A DNA stretch of 64,000 bases from Dehalococcoidia bacterium. GTDB lineage: Bacteria; Chloroflexota; Dehalococcoidia; SHYB01. The notes under the pieces were generated by a model. It did not search any database, had not been told where the DNA came from, and was given only the letters and a program-made list of their open reading frames with translations. The stretch covers positions 4,681-68,680 of the forward strand of contig CBDBNG010000001.1 of assembly GCA_965207995.1 (NCBI GenBank), in the 5' to 3' direction. This document shows positions 39,775 to 49,417 of the stretch, piece after piece; the stretch's first letter is position 1, and the number at the start of each line of letters is the position of its first letter. Both the position numbers and the translations under genes were made by a program.

Positions 39775-42423
39775 ATGAAGATGAACCCGATGAAGTGGCT
39801 GACGAACGATGAGGGGAAGAAAAAACCAGTGCTGCTTGCGGTGACGCCGCCCAGGACGGGTGAGCGCACCCTGCTGGGGGTGGAGAACCTGCTCCAGTCC
39901 ATCGCGGTGCCGGAGCCATTCTCCCTGGAGCTTGCCGGGGACATGGACGGCGTGACGCTGATGGCCCGCTGCCTGGACGACAAGGTGGTGCGCGGCCAGA
40001 TAAGCGCCCACTACCCCCAGGCCCGCATCCTGGACGTCGAGCCGGAGGACGACCCCCTCAGGCTCGACGAGGGAGAGCAGGCGTGGAGCATGACGCTGCG
40101 GGCCGACGGCCCCGATTACGTGCCCCTGCGCACCTTCCGGGACGACGACCTCCTCGACCCCGGCTCCGACCCCCTCATCGCCCTGTTGGGCGCGCTGTCC
40201 AACCTAGGGGACGACGAGCGCGTCGTGGCCCAGCTCAAGCTGAACTCCCTGGGGCCGGACTGGTCGCAGGCGCACATGGAGAAGGCCCACAAGAAGCCCG
40301 TGCCGGAGCGATACGAGCCCTCCTACAAGTACCAGACCCGGCCCCTCCAGACCGACGGGGTGACGATGGCCGTGTTGGGCGTTGCGGCGTTGGCCGCGCT
40401 GCGGGGCTACCTGTGGGTGCAGGCGGGCGAGGCGTGGAAGGCGATTCTGACGGGCATCGGGGTCAGCGCCGCGCTCATCGCCGGGGGCTGGCTGTGGCAC
40501 AAGTGGAAGAAGGCCCGCAACCGGGTGTACGACCCGCTGCTGATACGCGAAAAGGTCTCCCGCATCGCCTTCGACGGAGAGATACAGGTGACGGCGGTCC
40601 TGCCCGCGACGGAGAATGCGAACGAAGGCCGACGGCGGGCGAAGGCGCTGCTGGAGCCGGTGGCCGCCGCCTACCGCCACTACGACCATCCCGCTGGGGC
40701 GCGGTTCAAGGTGGGCAGGGTCCGGCCCGTCGTGCCCGATCGGTCAATGCTACACCCGTCAGGCCCCGGCCTGTTCGGCAGGCGGAGCGTCCTGGGGGTC
40801 CGCGAGGCGGCGGCGCTGTGGCACCCGCCTGGGGCCAGGGACGAGACGCCGCTGGTGGAGCGGTCCGGCTCGCGGGCGCTGATCCCATCGGCCAGGGGCG
40901 TGCGGGGCGGCGCGCCGGTGGGTGAGACCACGGGGGGCAAGGCCCGCCCCATCCACTTCCCCGACGACCTGCTCAGACGCCACCACCTCTACGTGGCCCG
41001 CACCCGCATGGGCAAGTCCACACTGATGCAGCACATCGTCCGGCACAAGATGCGGGAGAAGGCGGCGGGCAGGGACGGCGACGCCATCGTGGTGGTCGAT
41101 CCCCACGCCGACCTGGTGGAGGCGCTGCTCAGACACGTGCCGGAGTCGCTCATCGACAGGGTTAAGGTCATCGACCTGTCCGACAAGCGGGGGGCGCCCG
41201 GAATCAACCTGCTGGACGCCCGCATCTTTGCCGACCGCGACCGCACCGCCGACTCGGTGGTGCGCATCGCCAAGGGGCTGTGGGACCAGTGGGGGCCGAG
41301 GATGCAGTCCATCCTGGAGCAGACCGTCAAGACCCTCCACGAGGTCAACGAGCGCCCCGACACGGCCGACGACGAGCAACTGACCATTCTGGACGCGCTC
41401 ACGCTCCTGGCCGACGAGGAGTTCAAGAACGGCGTGCTCAAGCAGGTCTCCGACTCCTACCTCATCCGGTGGTGGCGCAGGGACTTCAAGGGGTGGCGGG
41501 GTGAGACCCGGGCCGACGCCCTGGCCCCGGTGCAGACCCGCCTCAACTACTACGCTTCCTCCAAGCGGGCCAGGGCCATCCTGGGACAGCCCCGCTCCAC
41601 CATCGACCTGCGTAGCGTGATCCGGGAGGGCGGAGTCCTGCTGGTCAACACCGCCCAGGGCAAGGCGGGAAGGGACGTGGCGGCCCTGGTGGGCGCGTCG
41701 CTTCTCAACCTGGTGGACGCGGTGATACGGGAGCAGGGCGACCTGCCGCCTGAGCAGAGACGGGGCGCATTGGTCGTCGTGGACGAGATGCAGTCCATGC
41801 CCGGCGTGGACTACGAGTCGATGCTCTCGGAGCTTGGGAAGTTCGGGGCCAGCTTCGTGCTGGCCACCCAGAGCCTGGCCAAGCTGGGGGACCTCTCCCT
41901 CACCATGCGCGACACCCTGCTCGCCAACGTGGGCTGCCTCGCCGTCTTCCAGGTGGCGGGCAACGACGCGAGGCAGCTTGTGTGGGAGCTGGGCAAGGAC
42001 CGGGTGAGCGAGGAGGACATCGTATCGCTGCCTGTGCACCAGTGCTACGTCCGAGCCACGGTGGGAACGGAGCGGATGCCCACCTTCTCCATGATGGTGA
42101 GCAAGCCGGAGCACGGAGCCCCCGCCGTCGCCGAGCGCATCCGCGTCGAGGCGGCCTCCTACCTGACCACCGACGAGGAGATCGCCGCGCAGCAGGCCGG
42201 GGCCGAAGAGCGCGCCGAGGAGTTCCGCAAGGCAGGCAGGCAGGCCGGTGAGGACAGGAGCGCCTCGACCGAGGAGAAGAAGGACGCGCCCAGGGACCTG
42301 GGGCGGAGCGAGCAGCGCAGCAAGCACTTCCAGCCGCCCACCGGCAGGTCCGCCGAGAACGCCGACGACGTGGAGGGGGCGGAAGAGGCTCAGGACGCGG
42401 AGGCAGGGGAGGCCGAGGAATGA
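39775..42423 (+). CDS. Type IV coupling protein (TraD/TraG/VirD4-family ATPase)
   Basis: N-terminal TM helices are followed by Walker A ARTRMGKSTLMQ and Walker B ALVVVDEMQSMPG, and it has an acidic C-terminal tail. The start at ATG 39775 has RBS AAGGAAGAG. Confidence 0.7.
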   Translation: MKMNPMKWLTNDEGKKKPVLLAVTPPRTGERTLLGVENLLQSIAVPEPFSLELAGDMDGVTLMARCLDDKVVRGQISAHYPQARILDVEPEDDPLRLDEGEQAWSMTLRADGPDYVPLRTFRDDDLLDPGSDPLIALLGALSNLGDDERVVAQLKLNSLGPDWSQAHMEKAHKKPVPERYEPSYKYQTRPLQTDGVTMAVLGVAALAALRGYLWVQAGEAWKAILTGIGVSAALIAGGWLWHKWKKARNRVYDPLLIREKVSRIAFDGEIQVTAVLPATENANEGRRRAKALLEPVAAAYRHYDHPAGARFKVGRVRPVVPDRSMLHPSGPGLFGRRSVLGVREAAALWHPPGARDETPLVERSGSRALIPSARGVRGGAPVGETTGGKARPIHFPDDLLRRHHLYVARTRMGKSTLMQHIVRHKMREKAAGRDGDAIVVVDPHADLVEALLRHVPESLIDRVKVIDLSDKRGAPGINLLDARIFADRDRTADSVVRIAKGLWDQWGPRMQSILEQTVKTLHEVNERPDTADDEQLTILDALTLLADEEFKNGVLKQVSDSYLIRWWRRDFKGWRGETRADALAPVQTRLNYYASSKRARAILGQPRSTIDLRSVIREGGVLLVNTAQGKAGRDVAALVGASLLNLVDAVIREQGDLPPEQRRGALVVVDEMQSMPGVDYESMLSELGKFGASFVLATQSLAKLGDLSLTMRDTLLANVGCLAVFQVAGNDARQLVWELGKDRVSEEDIVSLPVHQCYVRATVGTERMPTFSMMVSKPEHGAPAVAERIRVEAASYLTTDEEIAAQQAGAEERAEEFRKAGRQAGEDRSASTEEKKDAPRDLGRSEQRSKHFQPPTGRSAENADDVEGAEEAQDAEAGEAEE

Positions 42424-44078
42424 GTCCCATCGAAGCCGACCTGTTGCGTCTTCTCTCCCACATGCCCCTCATCGACCGGCTGGAGGCGGTCGCCGTCTCT
42501 GGCTGGTCCAGGGGCGCGGTCTACAAGGCGGTCGAGAGCCTTGAGTGGGCCGGGCTGGTCGCATCGGCCCCCCACGCCTCGGAGTTGATTGCGCCGACCC
42601 GCCGCTACTGCCTCACCGCCGCCGGGCTGCGCCGGTTGGCTGACGAGGAGGGCAAGAGCGTGGACGGGTTGCTCCGCAACCGTCCCGTCTCGAACCAGTG
42701 GCGGCGCGCGCTCCTGGAGCGGCTGGACGCCGTGGCGGTCGTCCACCGGCTGGCATCCGCCGTCTCCGACCTCGCCCACCCCGTCCGCCTCCGCTGGTAC
42801 CGGGCCATGCCCATGGACGCCGCCATAGCCCTTCCCGACGGGCGGGTCATCGCCGTGGTCAGGCAGGGAGCGGCCACCGACCGCACCGGTGTTTCGAAGC
42901 GGCTCTGGCGGCTCAGGGAGGGGACCCAGCCCGCCGCGACGCTCCTGCTCATGCCCGACGAGACGCGGCTCAGGCACGCCCGCAGGCTGATGGCCGGAGC
43001 GCCGTTCGTCTCCTACCTTGCACTGGAACGGGACGCGGCCTCGGCGGGGGCCGGAGCGGCCGTCTGGCGCACCCCCTCCGGGGACACGCTCCTCGACCTC
43101 CGAGAGTGCCTCGGCCACACCGGGCCGAGTGGCTCCTGGCCCGATGAGCCGCCGACGGCGAGGGCCTCACTCCCCACGGAACTCGGAGATGCGGCCGGAG
43201 AGGACTGGATGCTTCCCGCGACGCTGACGCCCGTCGAGAAGCGCGCCCTGGACCTCAGCGTCGACTGGCCCTGGCTCGCCCCCGCCCATCTGGGCGCGGT
43301 CATGGGGCTGAGGCGCTCCAGGCTCTCGGAGGTCGTCGGACGGCTGAGCGTCCTGGGCCTGGTCTTGGACATCCGCATGGAGGGCAGCCGCCGTCTCGCC
43401 GCCTCTGACCGGGGGCTGGCGACGCTGGCCCGCAGGGACCGCGCCTCGGTGGGAGCTGCCAGGAAGCGGTGGAGCGTCGCTCCCCTGGACGATGAGGCCC
43501 CGCTCTCGTGGCGCAACGTCTCCGGCAGGCGCAGCAGGCAGCTTCTCCGGAACATCGAGCACACGGACTCCGTCCACGCCTTCATCGCCGCCCTGGCGAG
43601 GCAGGCCCGCTCACGATCCAGGGAGATCGTCCAGCTCGACCCGCCCCGCAGGGCATCCCGCTACTTCCGCCACGCCGACCGGCTGCGCTCCGTCCACCCC
43701 GACGCCTTCGGCGTGCTGCGATGGCGAGACGCCGTCTGGTCCTTCTTCCTGGAGTGGGAGCGCCGCGCCGTGCGGCCCGTCACCATGGCGGCGCGCATCG
43801 CCCCCTACCTGCGCTACTACTCCTCCCACCGGCCCGCCGACGACCACGGGGCGCGTCCAGACGTGCTGGTGGTCTTCCACGACGAGCTGGCGGCCACTCA
43901 CTTCCTGCGCATCGCCGGTGAGGAGATGGAGCGGGTGGGCGTGGAAATCCCCCTGCTGGTATCCCACCGGAAGCTGCTGGAGCGGGAGGGGCCGCTGGGC
44001 CGCGTCTGGCTGTTTCCCGGCGGCGGCCACGAGCCGGTGCATCCCCCAACCGACAACCGAGGAGCACGACGCCCATGA
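42420..44078 (+). CDS. Replication-relaxation-family (putative relaxase/mobilisation) protein with N-terminal winged-helix domains
   Basis: N-terminal MarR-like wHTH repeats are present. It sits directly after the coupling protein with a 4-nt overlap. Confidence 0.4.
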   Translation: MSPIEADLLRLLSHMPLIDRLEAVAVSGWSRGAVYKAVESLEWAGLVASAPHASELIAPTRRYCLTAAGLRRLADEEGKSVDGLLRNRPVSNQWRRALLERLDAVAVVHRLASAVSDLAHPVRLRWYRAMPMDAAIALPDGRVIAVVRQGAATDRTGVSKRLWRLREGTQPAATLLLMPDETRLRHARRLMAGAPFVSYLALERDAASAGAGAAVWRTPSGDTLLDLRECLGHTGPSGSWPDEPPTARASLPTELGDAAGEDWMLPATLTPVEKRALDLSVDWPWLAPAHLGAVMGLRRSRLSEVVGRLSVLGLVLDIRMEGSRRLAASDRGLATLARRDRASVGAARKRWSVAPLDDEAPLSWRNVSGRRSRQLLRNIEHTDSVHAFIAALARQARSRSREIVQLDPPRRASRYFRHADRLRSVHPDAFGVLRWRDAVWSFFLEWERRAVRPVTMAARIAPYLRYYSSHRPADDHGARPDVLVVFHDELAATHFLRIAGEEMERVGVEIPLLVSHRKLLEREGPLGRVWLFPGGGHEPVHPPTDNRGARRP

Positions 44079-44815
44079 GAATCTACTACATCGACGACGC
44101 CGAGGGTCCCGCCTGCTACGTCCGCTCCGCCCTGGGCGTGGACGCCGAGGGATGGAACCGGCTGCACGGACGCTTCCAGGACTGGCGCTACGCGATGGCG
44201 GGCGACTACAACGTCCCCACCCGCCTGAAGCTGAGCCCCCGCGACCTGCTGGCCGACAGGGGCAGGGGGGTGCGCATCGACAACACCGGACGCAGGCTCA
44301 CCCCGGAGCAGGGGGCCGAGATCTTCATGAACGGTCTGCGCGTCATCAGGGGAGCCGCCACCCATCGCGGGGGCATCGAGGTCATCAACGTCTGCCTGCG
44401 CAAGGCCGACGTGCCGGGCTACGAGCGGCTCAGCCTTGACCGGCTCCTCGACCGCATCGACGCCTCCGTCTCGGCGGACGACCGCTACGCCCACCTCGTC
44501 TTCGACGACGACGGCGAGTGGGTGGTCGAACAGCTCTACGGCAGGCCCAGGAGCCGCCACGGGGTGGGGGAGGACGCCGGGCGAATCGGCGACATACCCA
44601 TCGAGCGCATAATCGGCGACCCCTCCTTGCGAAGCTCCGAGGACGACGACCTGCTTCAGATGGCCGACCTCATAGCCCACGCCCTGCTCAAGCAGGAGGA
44701 GCAGCCCTCCGAAAGGGAGGCGGAATTGAGCCTCCACCTGGCCTTCGGCATCCTCAAAGACACCCTCAACCACGAGGCGTCCAGGACAGACCCCCAGGGC
44801 ATCGTCCGAAGGTGA
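44075..44815 (+). CDS. DUF3800-family protein
   Basis: The N-terminus RIYYIDDAEGP and the C-terminus QMADLIAHAL are typical of DUF3800. Confidence 0.55.
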   Translation: MRIYYIDDAEGPACYVRSALGVDAEGWNRLHGRFQDWRYAMAGDYNVPTRLKLSPRDLLADRGRGVRIDNTGRRLTPEQGAEIFMNGLRVIRGAATHRGGIEVINVCLRKADVPGYERLSLDRLLDRIDASVSADDRYAHLVFDDDGEWVVEQLYGRPRSRHGVGEDAGRIGDIPIERIIGDPSLRSSEDDDLLQMADLIAHALLKQEEQPSEREAELSLHLAFGILKDTLNHEASRTDPQGIVRR

Positions 44816-44844
44816 GGTAGGGAGAGACGCGGAGGGAACCCGAG

Positions 44845-46230
44845 TCAGGAACTGCTTCCCTGTACCGTAGGCGAGCCATCCGGGCCGTCGAGCGGCTCCA
44901 GGTCCTTAGGTCCTATGACGAACCTTCTGCCGTCCACCTCGACAGTGGCCGCGGAGAACCTCAGCAGCGTGCCCACCTTGCCTTCCTCGCCATCCCAGGG
45001 ACGCTCCGGTGGCACCCGGACCTTTCCTCCCTCCCAGAATCCCCTGGTCGCCGCTCTGCGGTCCGGCTCAGGCTCCGCCCCGAGTTCTGACCGCAGTTCC
45101 AAGCCGTCGGTCTCACCCTCCGGCGTCTCGATGGTCCGTTCAATCGCCAGCACGCGCCGCACCTTCCCCGGTTCCAGCAGCTTGGCGACTTCTCCGTCCA
45201 CGACCACCACATCCATGAGCGAAGGGGCCTCGACTTCCCCCAGCCACGCCCAGCAGCGGCCCACCCACTCGACCCCAACCCGGTCGTCCTCGCCAAACCG
45301 CGTCTGCGCGACCAGGGCACGGTCCGCCACGACGTCGAGCAGCAACTCGACGACATCGTCCTCTTCTTCGATTTCACCGTTCGCTCGACTTTCGCCTGTG
45401 AGGTGCGGCGGCGCGTCCGCACTGTCCAGCGGCTCCAGGCTGTCCAGTCCTGTGCCGAACCGTTTGCCGTCCACCTCCACCACTCCCGTGTGGAACCGCA
45501 ACAGCGTGCCGATCTTGCCCGGCTGATCACGTGAAGACCGCCATGCTATGCGGACCTTCCCTCCCTCCCAGAGCCCTCTGGCCGTCGCTCTGAGTTCCGG
45601 TTCGGGCTCCGCCCTGAACCCTCTGAACTCCATCCATACTTCCAGTCCGCCGACCTCGCCCTCAGGCGTCTCGATGGTCCGTTCAGTCGCCCGCACGCGC
45701 CGCACCTGTCCCGGCTCCAGCAGCTTGACGATCTCACCGTCCCTGACCGCCACGTCCACGAGGGAAGGGGATTCGCCCTCGGTCAGCCACGCCCAGCAGC
45801 GACCCACCCACTCGACTTCCATCCGGCCGTCCTCGCCGAGCCGCGTCTGCGCGACCAGGGCACGGTCCGCCACGACGTCGATGCTCGTTGCTCCGGTCTC
45901 ATGGGTCTCCTCAGCCTTCGCTTCCCACGCGGCCGCTCCCTCTTGCGAAGATTCTTCCCGTAGCACGTGGGCGAGCGCCTCCAGCACCTGCGGGTCGTGA
46001 ATGGCGCTGTCGTCAACCGGCTCCGGGGCTTCGCCCTTCGCCTTGCCCTTCCTTCGCCGAAAGTACGACTTCCGGTAACAGTTGGGGCCGCACCAGCCCA
46101 GGGTGGGATTCGTCCGCACCCGCAGCCGCACGTAGATCCGCCCGCACTCGCGGCAAACCTTCTTTCTGCCCCTGGACATTTGCTCGAACCTCCCCCGGGT
46201 CTCGATCTGGTCCTTCAGAGGAAGGGACAT
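44845..46230 (-). CDS. Hypothetical protein with N-terminal zinc-ribbon and two ~160-aa tandem repeats
   Basis: CRECGRIY...CGPNC is the zinc ribbon. The repeat DVVADRALVAQTR(L/F)GED...LEPLD occurs twice. Confidence 0.5.
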   Translation of the reverse strand: MSLPLKDQIETRGRFEQMSRGRKKVCRECGRIYVRLRVRTNPTLGWCGPNCYRKSYFRRRKGKAKGEAPEPVDDSAIHDPQVLEALAHVLREESSQEGAAAWEAKAEETHETGATSIDVVADRALVAQTRLGEDGRMEVEWVGRCWAWLTEGESPSLVDVAVRDGEIVKLLEPGQVRRVRATERTIETPEGEVGGLEVWMEFRGFRAEPEPELRATARGLWEGGKVRIAWRSSRDQPGKIGTLLRFHTGVVEVDGKRFGTGLDSLEPLDSADAPPHLTGESRANGEIEEEDDVVELLLDVVADRALVAQTRFGEDDRVGVEWVGRCWAWLGEVEAPSLMDVVVVDGEVAKLLEPGKVRRVLAIERTIETPEGETDGLELRSELGAEPEPDRRAATRGFWEGGKVRVPPERPWDGEEGKVGTLLRFSAATVEVDGRRFVIGPKDLEPLDGPDGSPTVQGSSS

Positions 46231-46392
46231 CCGCGTAGCTGCGGGAACCGAAGCGGTCGGTGAGCGCCTTCACGTCGTTTATGACGCCGCGCCCATTGTC
46301 CACCTTACGGGTCGGAAAGGGCAACCGGATTCCTGTCAACGGAACGCTCGCGACGGGAGCGGGGGCTACGAGGCCCCGGTTTGAGAGGGCTT

Positions 46393-46704
46393 CTACGTCC
46401 GCCTCATCGCCAGCACCGCGTCCGGGTCCAATCCCTCGGCCATGTCCCGGTCGGGGCACGTCAGAATCCCATCCCGCAGTCCCATCGCTCCCGCGATGGT
46501 GAAGAGGGCGAACAGATGGATATGGTTGGGGGCCACCTCCCCGCTCTTCCACTTCCTGATGCGGTCGGGGTTGACTCCCAGAAGGCGGCCCAGGGCTCGC
46601 GTGGACAGACCGCTCCTCTTCTGGAACAGCGCTATCCGCTCGGGGAAGTCCGGCGGCATGACCCACACGACGGGCAGCCCATGCACCCGACGCTGCACGC
46701 CCAT
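46393..46704 (-). CDS. Small HTH protein (paralogue of next gene)
   Basis: GLSTRALGRLLGVNPDRIRKWKSG is HTH-like. Confidence 0.45.
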   Translation of the reverse strand: MGVQRRVHGLPVVWVMPPDFPERIALFQKRSGLSTRALGRLLGVNPDRIRKWKSGEVAPNHIHLFALFTIAGAMGLRDGILTCPDRDMAEGLDPDAVLAMRRT

Positions 46705-46708
46705 CGCC

Positions 46709-47047
46709 CTAATCCTCTCCGCCGCTTGCCGAACGCTGGGAACCGGCGGCCAGGGGCGGCTGCAACACCCAGCCGACGGGAGGGATGGCGTGCACGTCGA
46801 AGAGGATGTAAAGCCCACCGGGGATGCGGGACGCCAGCTTCACCAGCGCGCACATCCCGTCCCCGCTGGGACTGGTGCCGTCTCGCCACCGTTGAAGCTG
46901 GCGGGGGTCCACGCCCAGGCACGCGGCCAGACCCTCCCACGTGAGGAAGGTGGCCTCCTTGAAGGCTTCGAGGCGAGCGCCGAAGTCCTCCGGCACGGAG
47001 GTGTCGCAGAAGAGAAGGTGGCGCGGCGGCACGGAGCTGGGCCTCAT
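46709..47047 (-). CDS. Small HTH protein (paralogue)
   Basis: LTWEGLAACLGVDPRQLQRWRDG is HTH-like. It has similar architecture to 46393-46704. Confidence 0.45.
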   Translation of the reverse strand: MRPSSVPPRHLLFCDTSVPEDFGARLEAFKEATFLTWEGLAACLGVDPRQLQRWRDGTSPSGDGMCALVKLASRIPGGLYILFDVHAIPPVGWVLQPPLAAGSQRSASGGED

Positions 47048-47283
47048 TCGACATCCTCCAGGTAGAACAGGTCGTCGAAGTCGGTGACGCCCAGGGCGTC
47101 CATGAGCCTCTTGCGGAAGGCCGCAGACGGGCAGCGGTGCCCCGACATGAGCTGGGAGAGGTAGCTGGACGAGGTGCCGACCAGACGCGCCAGCTCGTTC
47201 TGGCTCATGTTGAGCCGGTTGAGGATGGCCCACATCTTGTGGGGATCGAGCCTGACCCGGAACGCGGGCTGCCTGCGACTCAC
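47044..47283 (-). CDS. XRE-family HTH transcriptional regulator
   Basis: LNMSQNELARLVGTSSSYLSQLMSG. Confidence 0.75.
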   Translation of the reverse strand: MSRRQPAFRVRLDPHKMWAILNRLNMSQNELARLVGTSSSYLSQLMSGHRCPSAAFRKRLMDALGVTDFDDLFYLEDVE

Positions 47284-47621
47284 GCCGCGCCCTCCTTCCG
47301 GGTCTTCTTCCCGCCAGCGCCGTTGCGGTACAGGTGGGGATTGACCAGGTAGTGGCGGGCGATGATGCGGGCCAGCATACGCAGGCCCTCGATGCGCCTG
47401 CGCTCCTGATTCTTGGTTAGCTTTCGCTTGCCCCTGCTACTCACGCGTTCCATCTCTCTACCAGAGTCCGGCGCTGCAATGAAGGCATGGCCTTGGAGAG
47501 CGCCGGTGCTGTATACTCATTACAGTATTAGCTATGTTGTTCTGCATGCGTAAGTGTAGCAATATACCGATGGTCAACACAATGACAAAACGGCGCTATC
47601 AGAGCCTTTACGGGCAACTTG

Positions 47622-47650
47622 TTGACAATCGCTCGCAATCTTGTAACAAT
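47622..47650 (+). promoter_or_regulatory. Sigma70-like promoter TTGACA-N16-TAACAA, followed by two TGATTTAGC direct repeats (47650-47658 and 47682-47690), in an AT-rich divergent intergenic region
   Basis: Seen directly. It is oriented towards the XRE gene at 47735. Confidence 0.45.
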
Positions 47651-47734
47651 GATTTAGCGGGTAGTTAGCAGTGATTTAGCAGGATGCGGAGTGCGCAAAG
47701 CTGTTCGCACCTGCGGACTCAAAGAGGAGACGAC

Positions 47735-48166
47735 ATGGATGAACTTGAGGAGAAACAGGACGTTGAAGATCGCCAAAAGATCGAGAGCGACGAGCCCATC
47801 GGCCCGCTCCTGCGCCGTCTGCGGGGAGGGCAGAGCCTGCGGGACATCACCCGGCGCATCGGCGTCTCCTCCTCCTACCTCTCCCAGATAGAGCGAGGCG
47901 ACCGGAACCCCGGCTCCAACCTGATCTACAAGCTGGCCGACCTCTACAACGTGGACCCCAGGGATCTCATGAAGCGGGTGGGCAGGGAGGACCACATCGA
48001 CCCCTACAGCCAGGAGGCGATGGACGTGGACCGGGCCTACCAGTACGTCCTAGCCGACCCCGTCTTCCGCGTCGGCACCCGGCCCGACGGCCCCATCACT
48101 CTCAAGACCAAGCGGTTCATCGTCGAGATGTACGAACGATTCGCCAACAAGAGGCTGCTGGAATGA
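47735..48166 (+). CDS. XRE-family HTH transcriptional regulator
   Basis: LRDITRRIGVSSSYLSQIERGDRNP. RBS AGGAG is 8 nt upstream of ATG 47735. Confidence 0.8.
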   Translation: MDELEEKQDVEDRQKIESDEPIGPLLRRLRGGQSLRDITRRIGVSSSYLSQIERGDRNPGSNLIYKLADLYNVDPRDLMKRVGREDHIDPYSQEAMDVDRAYQYVLADPVFRVGTRPDGPITLKTKRFIVEMYERFANKRLLE

Positions 48167-49113
48167 ACGGAACGAGAGTGGACTTCTGCATCAATCTGCT
48201 GGACGACGCCCTGGAGCGGGGACTGGACCCCGAGGGCATCGCCGCCCGCTTCGTGCGCTACTTCAATCTGTCGGGCCATCCCACCGTGCCCGAGCTGACC
48301 GTCCTGCTGAAGGAGGCCGGGTTCGGGGAGGTGTCGGGCAAATGCAGGGAGAGCCTGGACGTCAAGGGCATCCACTTCAGTTCGCCGGGCGGCGGCTACG
48401 ACATCCACTACCGGGAGGACCTGTGGGAGGGCTCCAAGGAGCACACCGTCCTCCACGAGACCTTCGAGATCATCGACGAGACCCTGTGCGACCTGCACTC
48501 AGGCTCCGCACCCGCGCGCAGGGTGTGCTGGCAGGCCGACCGGTTCGCCGCCGCCGCGCTGATGCCCCCGGACGTGTTCTCCCTCTTCGCCGAGGCGTCG
48601 GGGTTCGACGTGGTGGCCCTCCAGGGGATGTACCAGCGCGCCTACTCGTCCGTCGCCATCCGTCTGGCCGAGGTGATGCGCCACCAGCCCCTCCTTGCGG
48701 TCCTGTACGAGCACAGGGAGAAGGGAGACCCGCGCCTGTGGCCGCCGACGGCGACCCTCGGCGACTTCTCCGCGAAAGTGGTGGCGCGGACGCCGGGATT
48801 CAGGCTGAGGATGCAGAAGCGGCCCCTGTCCTCCCTGCGGGGGCTGCTGCCCCGCAGAGGCGCTCCGCCCACGCCGGGATCGGTGACCGAGCGGGTGATC
48901 CTCACCGGCAGACCCGTCTACGTGGAGCGGGTGAGCGGCTACGACCTGTGGCGGAATGACGACGTGACCCTTGCGGCGAGGCCCGTGGTCTGGTACGGAA
49001 GAGTAGCCAAGATAGCCTTGGTCGCCGTGCCGTACAGAGACCGCTCGGTGCTGGCCCCGCAGCTGGGCCGCGCCTGCTTCGAGCGCATCCCTCACTCCCA
49101 CCAGGTGCTCTAG
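48163..49113 (+). CDS. ImmA/IrrE-family metallopeptidase-like protein (partner of XRE regulator)
   Basis: It is co-oriented with and overlaps the upstream XRE gene, which is the COG2856-type arrangement. It has an HETFE metal-site-like motif. Confidence 0.6.
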   Translation: MNGTRVDFCINLLDDALERGLDPEGIAARFVRYFNLSGHPTVPELTVLLKEAGFGEVSGKCRESLDVKGIHFSSPGGGYDIHYREDLWEGSKEHTVLHETFEIIDETLCDLHSGSAPARRVCWQADRFAAAALMPPDVFSLFAEASGFDVVALQGMYQRAYSSVAIRLAEVMRHQPLLAVLYEHREKGDPRLWPPTATLGDFSAKVVARTPGFRLRMQKRPLSSLRGLLPRRGAPPTPGSVTERVILTGRPVYVERVSGYDLWRNDDVTLAARPVVWYGRVAKIALVAVPYRDRSVLAPQLGRACFERIPHSHQVL

Positions 49114-49183
49114 GGTTGAGGCCAGGTTGCTCAGTGATGTATAGTAAGACAAAGCACTACATATAAAGGCAACAAGAGAGAGC

Positions 49184-49417
49184 ATGACCACTCCCAGGCG
49201 TTCCAAGACCATCACCTTCTCGCTGCCCCCGGAGATGGAAGCGCAGGTCAGGCGGGTGATGAAGGAGGACGACCTCTCCGTGAGCGAGCTCCTCCGGCAG
49301 GGTATACGCCTGTTCATGGAGGAGCGGGAGTGGCGAAGACGGGAGCGGCTACAACGGCTGCGCTCCCGCACGACTGCCAAGCACGACGACACAGACACAG
49401 GGAGGAGGAATCAATGA
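49184..49417 (+). CDS. Ribbon-helix-helix (CopG/Arc-like) DNA-binding protein
   Basis: TITFSLPPEMEAQVRRVMKEDDLSVSELLRQGIRLFMEE. Confidence 0.6.
   Translation: MTTPRRSKTITFSLPPEMEAQVRRVMKEDDLSVSELLRQGIRLFMEEREWRRRERLQRLRSRTTAKHDDTDTGRRNQ

Noticed and set aside
47509-47525. LexA/SOS box CTGT-N-ACAG
   Set aside because: The spacer is 9 nt (CTGT ATACTCATT ACAG), not the canonical 8. Without knowing the host LexA motif this is not supportable.
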